Origin: Octopus bimaculoides
Lineage: Eukaryota
Assembly: GCF_001194135.2 (NCBI RefSeq)
Contig: NC_069004.1
Location: 32,726,607 to 32,790,606 of the forward strand
Length of the DNA stretch: 64,000 nucleotides
Direction of reading: 5' to 3'
Shown here in pieces: positions 52,925-64,000 of the stretch (position 1 is the stretch's first letter; each line of letters starts with the position of its first letter). Made by a program: the position numbers and the translations under genes. The notes under the pieces were generated by a model, which was given only the letters and a program-made list of their open reading frames with translations, searched no databases and was not told the DNA's origin.

Positions 52925-53093
52925 TGAGCCGAAGCCAGCAATTTTATAAGGAAGGGATTAGTCGATTACGTCGACCCTAGTGTTCAACTGGTTATGTATT
53001 TCATCGACCCCCGAAAGTATGAAAGGCAAAATCGACCTCGGTGGCATTTGAACTCGGAACGTCAGGAGCCGAAAGCAACGCCACCAAACACCC
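52925..53093 (-). mobile_element. SINE family D (CpG-intact copy)
   Basis: Reverse complement of D; keeps CpGs (tcgacc, tcgg, acgtc) that read TG/CA in other copies. Confidence 0.75.
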
Positions 53094-56000
53094 NNNNNNN
53101 NNNNNNNNNNNNNNNNNNNNNNNNNNNNNNNNNNNNNNNNNNNNNNNNNNNNNNNNNNNNNNNNNNNNNNNNNNNNNNNNNNNNNNNNNNNNNNNNNNNN
53201 NNNNNNNNNNNNNNNNNNNNNNNNNNNNNNNNNNNNNNNNNNNNNNNNNNNNNNNNNNNNNNNNNNNNNNNNNNNNNNNNNNNNNNNNNNNNNNNNNNNN
53301 NNNNNNNNNNNNNNNNNNNNNNNNNNNNNNNNNNNNNNNNNNNNNNNNNNNNNNNNNNNNNNNNNNNNNNNNNNNNNNNNNNNNNNNNNNNNNNNNNNNN
53401 NNNNNNNNNNNNNNNNNNNNNNNNNNNNNNNNNNNNNNNNNNNNNNNNNNNNNNNNNNNNNNNNNNNNNNNNNNNNNNNNNNNNNNNNNNNNNNNNNNNN
53501 NNNNNNNNNNNNNNNNNNNNNNNNNNNNNNNNNNNNNNNNNNNNNNNNNNNNNNNNNNNNNNNNNNNNNNNNNNNNNNNNNNNNNNNNNNNNNNNNNNNN
53601 NNNNNNNNNNNNNNNNNNNNNNNNNNNNNNNNNNNNNNNNNNNNNNNNNNNNNNNNNNNNNNNNNNNNNNNNNNNNNNNNNNNNNNNNNNNNNNNNNNNN
53701 NNNNNNNNNNNNNNNNNNNNNNNNNNNNNNNNNNNNNNNNNNNNNNNNNNNNNNNNNNNNNNNNNNNNNNNNNNNNNNNNNNNNNNNNNNNNNNNNNNNN
53801 NNNNNNNNNNNNNNNNNNNNNNNNNNNNNNNNNNNNNNNNNNNNNNNNNNNNNNNNNNNNNNNNNNNNNNNNNNNNNNNNNNNNNNTGATAGTGTATAGA
53901 GGAATATATAATTTTAATAGAGTTCCAACTCTATCTGTTTTTTATGTTTTATTTATATTCTTATAAAATTAATGTGAGGTATGGAATATATAATATAAAT
54001 AGTAAAATGAAACGAAGTATTGAATGTCTTATTGAGTATTAAATATATATATATAGGGGCTAGTATACTTTCCTGCTTTATAGCAGTCATCAAGGTCCCG
54101 TCGTGTGGGACAATGCTAATAATAAAAATAATAGTTATTTCAAATTTAGGCACAAGACCAGTTATATATTGTCATCATCAGGGTGGACCCAAGAGAAGTA
54201 GGGGAGGCTGAGGTGCACATGCCCCCTCGAAAAAAGAAGTGCGCCCTTCTAGATAATTTTGCATATGTTGACTATTTTCTTCTTCATCTGCAAATACATG
54301 GCCTTATTCTTATGTCAGGAATCATTTTTTTAAGCTCACATAAGCTCTGGACTTTTAGCAATTTTTAGGAATATTTCCTGTAAATCTTAATACCACCAAG
54401 GCATGGTTCAAAGAGTCGAGGATAATCTTGAGTTCATGGTTTGAAATAAAAATGGAAAATAAATTTTACATAAATATATTTTCAAAGATAAATATTATGG
54501 TTATGTTGATGAAATCAACTCCCCCCCCCCCAAATAAAAACAGCATTATTAATTAAGAAGCAAGCATATACCACCCATGTATGTACAATTTAAACCACAA
54601 ACTGAAAATTTCCTGTGGATAAAGACCTTCAACAATCAACATATCATTTAGAAAAGTAAAAAAGAAACATGAATATCTGTTCAATTAATCGGATATTTTA
54701 TTGAAAACACATCATGCAAGAAGCACCCAGGACACTCTGTAAAGTGGATGGCATTTAGGAAGGGCGTCCAGTTGTGGAAACTATGCCAAAACAGAGGACC
54801 TTGATGCAGTCCTCAAAGCATCCAACCCATGCCAGCATGGAAAACTCGTGTTGAATGATGACCATGATGATGATGAAGAATGTCAAGAATTACTTTAGCA
54901 TGAATCAGGGTTTATGCATTATTTGTTAAAGCAGATGTCTTCGTTATTTCCTTGAAATTCACTCTCAATATTTTAGGACCAGCTTGGTCATTGCGGTCAT
55001 TCAGTCCCTTCCTTATCCTGCTCCTTAAGAAGTTCTTTGCTGAAAGATCTCTCAGCAGATGTCATTGTAACAGGCAAATGTGCAGAACATTTGCAGTGTA
55101 GTATGTAGTTTTGGAGAAATATAATTTAACTTTGTACATTTTTTTTTTTTTTGTGTATTTAAAAAAGTTGATGTGGGGGGCCCCTCCTCCCCCTTCCCAT
55201 ACTCTCACCAAAAATTTGATGCATGTATCATCTTAAGGTACCTCATTTCCACTTGCATGGATCTTGAGAGATTGTTTAGTTGTTTCTCCAGAAATCTTGT
55301 GCATATAACACCGAGTTCATCTTGTTCTACTGCAGTGCATGGTTTTTGCATTACAAATGCACCTCAGCATGTGAGGTCGTTTATTTTATTGCATGTGTGC
55401 AACATTGCTGTACTTACCTCGCATCAAAGAAACACCTTTAAGTCTACTGATTTTCCGTAGCCATCCTAGTGAAATGTGGTTATATTTTGTCATAGCACTT
55501 CTTCTATATACACACTGCTGTAATGTCCCTAGAGATCTGTGTATATAGACATCTGTGACTTCTGATGTATAATTTTTGTATGTTATTGTGTCATTTAATG
55601 TCATCAGCTTCTGAAATATGCTGCGACAGAACCAGACTTTGCAGGGGGTGAAAACTGTGGCCCCACATTTTCACAATTCTAATGTACTTTTTTTTTTTCT
55701 TTTCTTTTTACTAATCCTCTGACGGTATCCTAGCATGGCCAACTAGTTGGATCGTATCATGGCTGTATCTCAGTAGCTGAAACTAGAGTAAAAAACTTAC
55801 AATAGATTTGAAGAAACCAAAGCAATTATATTCTGGACTAATTAAACTCATCTCTTGTCTGAAAAATTATAATTGTATTTTTATTCATTTCATACAATTA
55901 GATATTGATTAAAAAATGACAACACAGTAGCATCTTAGTGTGTGTGTGTGCATCGGTATTTGTCCCAGTGGTTTGTGTGTTGAGCTCCTGACCATAAGGC

Positions 56001-56184
56001 TGTGGGTTTGATTCCTGCACCAGGCAGCATGTTGTGCCATGGGGCAAGGTGCTGTGTAACCATACTGTTCTAACTCTCTCTCTCTCTCTCCCTCTCTCCA
56101 CCTGTCACATCCTCCATGTCCTGCTTGCTTGACGGTGTAAGGACCAAGAGGAGGTCTATGTCCACTCACAACGACACAGACACC

Positions 56185-56414
56185 TTAACCCTTTAGCATT
56201 TGAACCAGCCACATCTGACCAAAATACTCTACCTGTTTTAGGTTCAAACTGGCCAGATCTTGCCTCTCACATTTAACCTACAATGTCATTCTAAAAATAG
56301 ACAGTCACATCATCAAAATCCCAAAGTTACAAGATAATACAAGAGTAATTCCCAGCACCATAAATAGACAAACGTAACATTTGACAGAATAATCTGGAAT
56401 GCTAAAGGGTTCAA
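56185..56414. mobile_element. piggyBac-like MITE
   Basis: TTAA|CCCTTTAGCATT...AATGCTAAAGGG|TTCAA terminal inverted repeats with a TTAA-type target. Confidence 0.7.
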
Positions 56415-56679
56415 CCATTAATGAAGTCCTGGTTACCCTCTGCCAGGTCATGCTTGCAACGAGTTTGTTTCTCTTTTTGGTTTTGTAGTTGGATGAATTA
56501 AACCTGAATCTGCTCTGTAAACCTTCAGTTTTTGGGTACCTTATTGTGTCCCGATTACAATATACAGTTTTCAGGGTTTCTTAATTAAACCCTCTTCACA
56601 CTGACTCATCTGAGGCCTTCTCTGGATTTTACATTTCAAAACTCTTCACATCAAAGTGTTCGTATTTGAATTAAACCAT

Positions 56680-57240
56680 GTACCACGGAAATGAGATCTA
56701 GCGATTCAATGGAAAGCAGTTTTATTCACCCAATCTAGTTTTTCGTTGAGGAGTGTCATGTTTGGAACTATTTTTTGCTTTCAAGATATGTCAGTTTTAT
56801 TGATGCATTGTGACTTGTAGAAAATACCAATTCTATGTTTTGGTAGATATTTAACATCATTCCTGGAATAACCATGAAATTTAATTTCACAGTTGTACAT
56901 CATTTTAATATATTTTACACTAAGTGATCAGTATTTTTATATATTTTATACTAACTATTACATCTAACTATGCAGCTAGTTTTTCAATATATCTTTTAGT
57001 ATTGACTATTATAGCAATATGCAGTCACTATTTTAATGCATTTACTGCAGAAATCAGATATATCTTTTCAAAACTGCAGAAAGCAGTTTTATTTACCAAT
57101 CTATCTTTTGTTGAGGAATGTCATGTTTGAAACTAGTTTCTGTTTTCAAAATATGTCAAGTTTATTGAGGCAACATGACTTAGAGAAAATATCAATTCTG
57201 TTTTTTGGCAGATCTTTAACATCATAATTTGAATTAATAA
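56680..57240. repeat. Diverged direct duplication, 367 bp period
   Basis: gaaagcagttttatt..ccaatcta..ttt.gttgagga.tgtcatgttt at 56712 and 57079. Confidence 0.7.
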
Positions 57241-57977
57241 ACTCTTGCTAATATGTTCCAAACACTAAATATTGGCAGGAAAAGTTCTCTCACTAAATTC
57301 CTTCTCCAAGTTCTTGATTATTTTCTAAATTAATTCAAACCCGTAGGCAACAGATGTTGTTTAGTCCCAAATCAACCTTGATTAAACAGACCTGTAATTA
57401 AAGGCATTCCAAATGTGACCATCCTCTCTTTCTTTCAAACCTAGTACATTTACGACTGCATTAGATTGTCTCCTTCAATTACAGTGTATCTATGACAACA
57501 TTATCTAATATGTCCTTCATTTAAGACAGTGTTCTGATGATTTGGCTGCTATTTCAAGCTAAGTGGGTACCTTCGTTAGTTTGGACATTCCTGGTAGTTG
57601 ACCCAGGCAAGGGGAACATGTAGAATGAAATCTACAATACACAATGAAAAACTGACCTAGCCTGGATTTGGACTTGACTCTTGAGGCTAGTTGAGTAATC
57701 CTATACCATGCTACCTGTCTTGACCATTTTCTTTCTGAGTGATTTACAGACTCTCCACACACACACACACACACACAGAGGGCACGTGTGTAGCCCAATT
57801 TAGCACACCATTTCTGTTGACATCAGCAAGAATCAAGGTTGAACATTGAACTTCACAGCAGAGGTGATGGGGGAGTGTGTGTGTGTGTTTGTGTGAGAGA
57901 GAGATGTATCACTTGTGTGGCGAGGATGTTATAGATATGTGTGTACGTGTATGAATGCATATGTGCTTCTCCCCCCT

Positions 57978-58043
<66 letters not shown>

Positions 58044-58509
58044 AGCACACACACCTGTGTATATATATGTGTGCATATCTATATATATATATAGAGAGAG
58101 AGGGGGGGGTGTAATGCAATATTTAAAAGCTATTTATTGCTTAATCTATTTTGAGTTCTATTGCTAAAAATTAAGATATAGGTTTATCTTTAGATATCTG
58201 TGGAGTGGGGGAGTGTGTGTAAGATAGGTGGGAGGTAGAGTGGCCTGGATATGATCTGTCAAGAATTTGATAGCCTTTGATCTCTTCCGGCACCATGCTC
58301 ACGGCTTGTTCAAGTCTCACCTAGGGCCAGCAGGATGGCCACCTCACAACACTCTCCTCCTCCTCTTCTTCTTCCTCTTCATTTAAACCAATAATCACTC
58401 ATGCCATTTATCACCTCATCTACTATTCAAAGTCATCCTAATTATCACTCATTATTTATTGACTGATAATTAATCTATTTTCAAGATGGTTTCTATTTCC
58501 GACCGAGTA

Positions 58510-58540
<31 letters not shown>

Positions 58541-59011
58541 GTGTTGGTGGCGGTGGTGTTGTCGCTTGGCCTCACGTCAGCCCACATCTAGTAAACATAC
58601 AATCAAAAGCCTACACATATTTTTGTATATTAGGGATCATGTCGTCTGATGCATCCTTCAAGACAATAAGGGTGTGATTTGAGGAAGATTTGGTTGTTGT
58701 CTCTGGCAAGTCGAGCTACATGTTTTCATTGCTGTTGTAATTAGTGGCTTCAAACCAAAGTGTGCCTGGAGAGTCTCTGTAACCAAGGGGGACTTGTAGT
58801 TTAGTAGCAATTGTACCAGAAACTGGGGCTTGTGAGTAACACATGGCCCTCTGCTCCATCTAGGAAGGGAGTAACCGTGAATGAGAACAAATTCAGCCTG
58901 TGATGACTGGCTCGACCCATGGCAACATGTAAAAGCAGACATAATAGGATGATGATCAACATCATCTTTATTTAATGCCTCTGTTCCATGCTGGTATGGG
59001 TTGTTATTATT

Positions 59012-59210
59012 AAGGTGGCGTGCTGGACGAAGTGCTTAGCAGTATTTTGCCTGTCACTATGTTCAGAGTTCAAATTCCGTCGAGGTTGACTTTGTCTTTC
59101 ATCCTTTTGGTGGGGTCGATTAAATAAGTACCAGTTACGCACTGGGGTCAATGTAATCGACTTACCCCCTCCTTACAAATTTCAGGCCTTGTAACTATAG
59201 TAGAAAGGAT
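59012..59210 (+). mobile_element. SINE family D
   Basis: taaggtggcgtgctggacgaagtgcttagc...gttcagagttcaaattccgtcgagg...tagtagaaaggat then (AAT)n. Confidence 0.8.
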
Positions 59211-60067
59211 AATAATAATTATTATTATTGCTAGCATCAGATAATTATTTTGAACTTCAGTGTTGATAGTCCAACCAGACAAGTCCTGTTCCAATAAAAC
59301 TGCTCACTCCATATTTTCTGAACAAAAGAAGAAAAAAAAAAACGTGGGGGTAGTTTCGAGGCAGCTCATTTGACTGCTATCTCTAGCAGATTGAATAACT
59401 GCATAGAAAAGCTTACTCATATGGTGAAGGATTCAACTGACAAATAACAAATGAATAATGATTAAAAATAGTTTTTGTTTTGTGTCTCTCTGTTCAGAGT
59501 TCAAGCTTTGTCAGTGGTAGTGTACCCTTAAAATCAATCCCTGTTGTTCCAAATGGTGAGTGGTGATAGGTCTTGATAAAGTTAAGTACCACTCATACAT
59601 TGGGGTTGATGCTGTCGACTGCACCACTTCCAGATGGAAACATTTGTATTTTTATCTGTTCCAAAGATATTCTTTATTATTTAGCCATTTGTCTTATGCC
59701 ACTCGACTTCTTAAAAACAGCAGCCAATTCCCCTCAAACTCTTAAAAACAGAAAGAGTGCATCGGTTGATGTAGTCCAGGATACTCTTAAAAAAAGATGA
59801 GATGGTCATGGCTGGAATACCTCTGATCCTAGGTCTACAAGGATGGTCAGCTAAAGAACAACAGCCCTTGACATAATAAAATGGTACTTTATGCGATGGT
59901 ACTTTACATATAACAGTTTCTGGTTGTGGTACGTGGGAGGGCTGGGTACAAATGCTAGTGTGAATGTACCATATGTCACACATGGGGGTGTGGTTGGGGT
60001 AGGCCTTGGGCTGTGACCCTTTGACACCGACTAATGAAGTTCCTTTCTGTGTGTTCTCTACTTGTAG

Positions 60068-60181
60068 ATTGTAACCAGTGATGAAGATTACCGTAAGAAG
60101 TCCCTCGAGGTTGACGACACCCCTGTCCTACCCGAGTTCGTTGGCGAAACACATATCCTCACAGAAGAGCAAATTACTACG
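60068..60181 (+). CDS. OXR1: OXR1-family exon preceding the TLDc domain
   Basis: cttgtag|ATTGTA...ACTACG|gtaagc; 114 nt, IVTSDEDYRKKSLEVDDTPVLPEFVGETHILTEEQITT; phase 0/0. Confidence 0.9.
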
Positions 60182-60211
60182 GTAAGCCCCAACATGAAGT
60201 CTTTTATCTTT

Positions 60212-60607
60212 TTTACTTGTTTCAATCATTGGACTACAGCCATGCTGGAGCACCACCCTGAAGAGTTTTCAGTCGAATGAATCGACCCCAGTACGTTTTT
60301 TTTTTTTTTTAAAGCTGGTACTTATTCTATCAGCCTCTTATGTTGAAACCACTAAGTTATGGGGATGTAAATAAACCAACATCTGTTGTCAAGTGGTGGT
60401 GGGGGGAACAAACAACGCATACACACACATAGATGGGGTGCTGAAAAGTTCCTGGCTTTGGGTAAAAGAAAATACACGAAGATCAGTTAATTATGATTTT
60501 ATTCAACATATTTCCCTGCTCAGATTCCCTCACTTATTGCCGCAGTCCTTCAGTTTTCCTAAGCCCTGTAAAAGAACTCGGAAAGCCAGGAATTTTTCAA
60601 CAGCCCC

Positions 60608-60639
<32 letters not shown>

Positions 60640-60717
60640 TTTTATATACATACACGGTGGGCTTCTTTCAGTTTCCTTCTACCAAATCCACTCACAAGGC
60701 TTTGGTCAGCCCGAGGC
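60212..60717 (-). mobile_element. Bipartite B/C SINE on minus strand with a mariner-type MITE end inserted in its spacer
   Basis: C tail 60212-60420 (minus), mariner-like insert 60431-60600, (TA)n, B part 60655-60717. The fuller B head is repeated at 60911-61076. Confidence 0.7.
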
Positions 60718-61469
60718 NNNNNNNNNNACAAAACCGGTTATTTCTCAAAATACAATGTTTATATACCAAAAAGATTTTATAACATTTTTATAACATTTTT
60801 CTGACATAATTTAAATATATACTTTAACCATGTAACACAAGCCTTCTGTAGTTTTTTCACTCTTATTATCTTTTATATATATATATATATATATATTTTT
60901 ATATACATACACGGTGGGCTTCTTTCAGTTTCCTTCTACCAAATCCACTCACAAGGCTTTGGTCAGCCCGAGGCTACAGTAGAAGACACTTGACCAAGGT
61001 GCCAGGCTGTGGAACTGAACTCGAAACCATGTGGTTGGGATGCAAGCATCTTCCCATGGCAGCCACACCTGCACCTGTTCTTGAGAAAGACTTCTTTCTT
61101 CAACACATAAGATATTGATTTTAGAGAAACAATGTGTTTTCTTTCCATTATTCCATCTGTATTGTGGTTTGACCAAAGCTGAACTACTAATTTACAGGGG
61201 CTTAAAGAAACCAAAACTTATCAAATGGTGGGAGTGGTGGTGGGGGTAAACATAAAGGCACAGACACACACACACACACACACACAACAGGCTTCCACAC
61301 AGTTTCCGTCTGTGTGAAATTAAGCAGATGGATACTGTGTGGAAGCATAGCTGCAATTGAACAACTAAAGCTTTCCCCACTTCCTCCTTTTCTCATCTCC
61401 CACCGTCACTCACATCCCCTGTTCATTTGATTGTTTTTAAAGCACCTCCTCCTCTTCTTTTTTCTGCAG

Positions 61470-61622
61470 TTGGTGGAGCATCTACCCGGCCGTACAGTGG
61501 GTTACTCCTGGATACTCATATACAGTACAGACTTACACGGCTTCAGTTTGAAAACTCTCTACCGAGACATGACCAACTACGAGAGTCCAGTGTTATTGAC
61601 TGTCCGTAACACTCAGAGTCAA
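61470..61622 (+). CDS. OXR1: TLDc domain exon
   Basis: tttctgcag|TTGGTG...AGTCAA|gtgagt; 153 nt, LVEHLPGRTVGYSWILIYSTDLHGFSLKTLYRDMTNYESPVLLTVRNTQSQ (TLDc motifs LPxRxxGYxW and HGxSLKTLY). Confidence 0.96.
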
Positions 61623-61799
61623 GTGAGTACCGTTTCTAGTAGTGTTGGTGTGGAGTGGGAGAACCAGTGCCTGGATAATAATTAGAGAAAAATTATATTT
61701 TCTTTGAAGTCCCTAAATCTTAGGGGTAAAATTCTTGTTTCTTGTCACAGCTGTTACCTCCCCATCCTAACCGAGTTGCAATGTTTGTTCTTGTTACAG

Positions 61800-61895
61800 G
61801 TGTTTGGTGCTTTAATATCATGTCCTCTGAAAGTTAGTGATCATTTCTACGGCACCGGAGAATCCTTCCTGTTCACCTTCCATCCAAAGTTCAGG
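61800..61895 (+). CDS. OXR1: TLDc domain exon
   Basis: ttgttacag|GTGTTT...TTCAGG|gtgagt; 96 nt, VFGALISCPLKVSDHFYGTGESFLFTFHPKFR (FGA...FYGTGE.F.F signature). Confidence 0.96.
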
Positions 61896-63618
61896 GTGAG
61901 TATTCTGATCAGAGACAATGTGTGAGAGAAATTGAGAGATGGATATTACTGTTTTTATTTGTATTACTCTTTCTTATTCTTCCGTCCTTTCTCTGTGCAT
62001 GTGTAAATATATATATCAAATCTCCTGCAATTTAACTCTGGATTCCTTGACTACAATGTAACCTTCATTTAACTAAGGTACCTTCGACCTGATGAGTAGC
62101 TAGCAGTGTACCTTTCATTGAGTAATTAATACTTCCAAAGTTTTGCTAGCTAGGAAACATATATAGCCTGGATTTTACCTGCGCCATTCTCTCAATTTGG
62201 ATTTTTGTTCACATACATTGCAACCTTAGTTGATAACCGTGAACTTATAAAGTACCTTCTACAGACTGCTTGAAGCTTACTAACTTCCTACACCTGAGTC
62301 CTTGGTGCTTGCTTTTACATATCATTATATAATATAACAGAGTAACGTACGGTAGATTTTCTACCTGGCCAGTTCCTGTGAACCATCCTACCCATGCATG
62401 CATGGAAGATGGACGTTCAATGATGACAATCAAGACATCATGAAGAAGAATTATACATTTTCAAAACTTATTACATTATTATTCTCATTAAATTCCGGTA
62501 GACTAGTAAGTAAAGGTGAGTGTAGATGAGCCAGGTGAGGGGGATATTCTGAACTATCCTGTCCAGGGTTCAAGCCTGGTCAGGATGAGGGAAGAAGGTG
62601 AGTCTTTTTATTTATTTTTTTTTTTCGTTTATACAAAAATATTAAAAAATATATTTCCTAGATAGAAATTGAAACCTCTACCTTCATACAAGGTTATTAG
62701 TTAAATTACTAACACCTTTACCTATTAGGCCATCAAACCAACACCTGAGAAACAACTTAAAAATGAGATATTTAAATCTATTTTTATTATTGATTGGACA
62801 CTATTATAGATTTAAGTATCTTATTTTCCACAGAAATTAACAGGGCACCCAATGTAAGTAAAGACANNNNNNNNNNNNNNNNNNNNNNNNNNNNNNNNNN
62901 NNATCCTGTCCAGGGTTCAAGCCTGGTCAGGATGAGGGAAGAAGGTGAGTCTTTTTATTTATTTTTTTTTTTCGTTTATACAAAAATATTAAAAAATATA
63001 TTTCCTAGATAGAAATTGAAACCTCTATCATCTTGCAATGCTATTGAACTAATTATAAATACCTTTATTCAGGAGGTCGTCTCTGCAGCAACAAGAACAA
63101 GCTTAAAGATGGGATATTTATTTAAATCCATTCTCAATAATGATCTGATGCTGTGTTAGATTTAAATATCTCATTTTTTACTGAATCTCGAAGTGGGAGA
63201 CCCAATACATACATACATATATATATATGGGAGAATATACGAAAAAACAACAACAGACGAGGACAGGTGGTGTAATGTACATACATATACATATATACAT
63301 ATATACATATACATACATACATATATATACATATATATATCGTCATTGTTTAACATTTGCCTTCCATGCAGAAGCCTGCACTAGACTTCTGTGACTGTCT
63401 TGGTAGGATTTTTACAGCTGGACGCCCTTCCTAACACCGAGAAAATGTATACACACTTGAGGAAAAGAAAAATCTGTATAAATATTTGTATTCAGTGTTA
63501 TCGCAATTTCGTAAAACATAGAAAGAGTTAACTATATTTATAGAGGTACTTACACAAGTTAAATATTTGTACAGATTTCTCCTTTCCTGAAGTGTGTATA
63601 CATGTCTTGGGCAGACCC

Positions 63619-63665
<47 letters not shown>

Positions 63666-63920
63666 ACCACTATCATTTAAAATCTGTTTTCCACATGCTG
63701 GCATGGGTTAGACAGTTCGACAGGTGCTGGTAAGGCTGGGGACTGCACCAGGATCCATTGTTTTGACATGCTTTGTACGGCTAGATGCCCTTCCTAACAC
63801 ACACACACATAAAATCCCCATCTCTACAGGTACAACCTTTTTTTTTGCCTTTATCCTATCCTATTCACATCACTTTTGTCTTCTTTCGTCATTAATTTCT
63901 GTATTTTACTTTTGTTCCAG

Positions 63921-63994
63921 ATTTTCCGTTGGACTGGAGAAAATAATTTCTTTGTAAAAGGCAACCAAGAAAGTTTGGTTATTGGTGCTGGAAA
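63921..63994 (+). CDS. OXR1: TLDc domain exon; gene continues beyond window
   Basis: tttgttccag|ATTTTC...GGAAA|gtaagt; IFRWTGENNFFVKGNQESLVIGAG plus 2 nt (F.WTG.N.FF..G signature). Confidence 0.95.
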
Positions 63995-64000
63995 GTAAGT

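Noticed and set aside
60590-60975. Direct duplication 60590-60717 / 60870-60972
   Set aside because: Near-identical copies on either side of a 10 N gap; most likely assembly overlap or haplotype redundancy.
62555-63030. Direct duplication 62555-62680 / 62903-63028
   Set aside because: Identical sequence restarting right after an N gap; assembly artefact.
14-63957. Most ORFs in the supplied track (poly-YI, CV, HT, SL, X runs)
   Set aside because: They are translations of microsatellites, N gaps or SINEs. Only those overlapping the OXR1 exons or TE relics carry real signal.

Overview
AT-rich, gappy animal genomic DNA saturated with (TA)n/(CA)n/(GA)n microsatellites and SINE/LINE/MITE relics. 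The repeat landscape looks like an octopus (coleoid cephalopod) genome; this is an inference, not a database match. The one supportable protein-coding gene is a + strand OXR1/NCOA7 (mustard, TLDc-domain) family gene, open at both window ends. Six in-frame GT-AG exons were reconstructed (6316-6478, 7794-7977, 60068-60181, 61470-61622, 61800-61895, 63921-63994), with a ~52 kb intron between exons 2 and 3. That intron holds a TATA+Inr internal promoter and a 30-codon phase-0 first exon (ATG 50818) predicted to give a short TLDc-only isoform, plus weaker candidate alternative exons. Several intronic repeats carry minimal hammerhead-ribozyme motifs of the type known from Penelope-like elements, two of them as head-to-head palindromic pairs. 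Almost all other entries in the supplied ORF track are microsatellite, gap or repeat artefacts.
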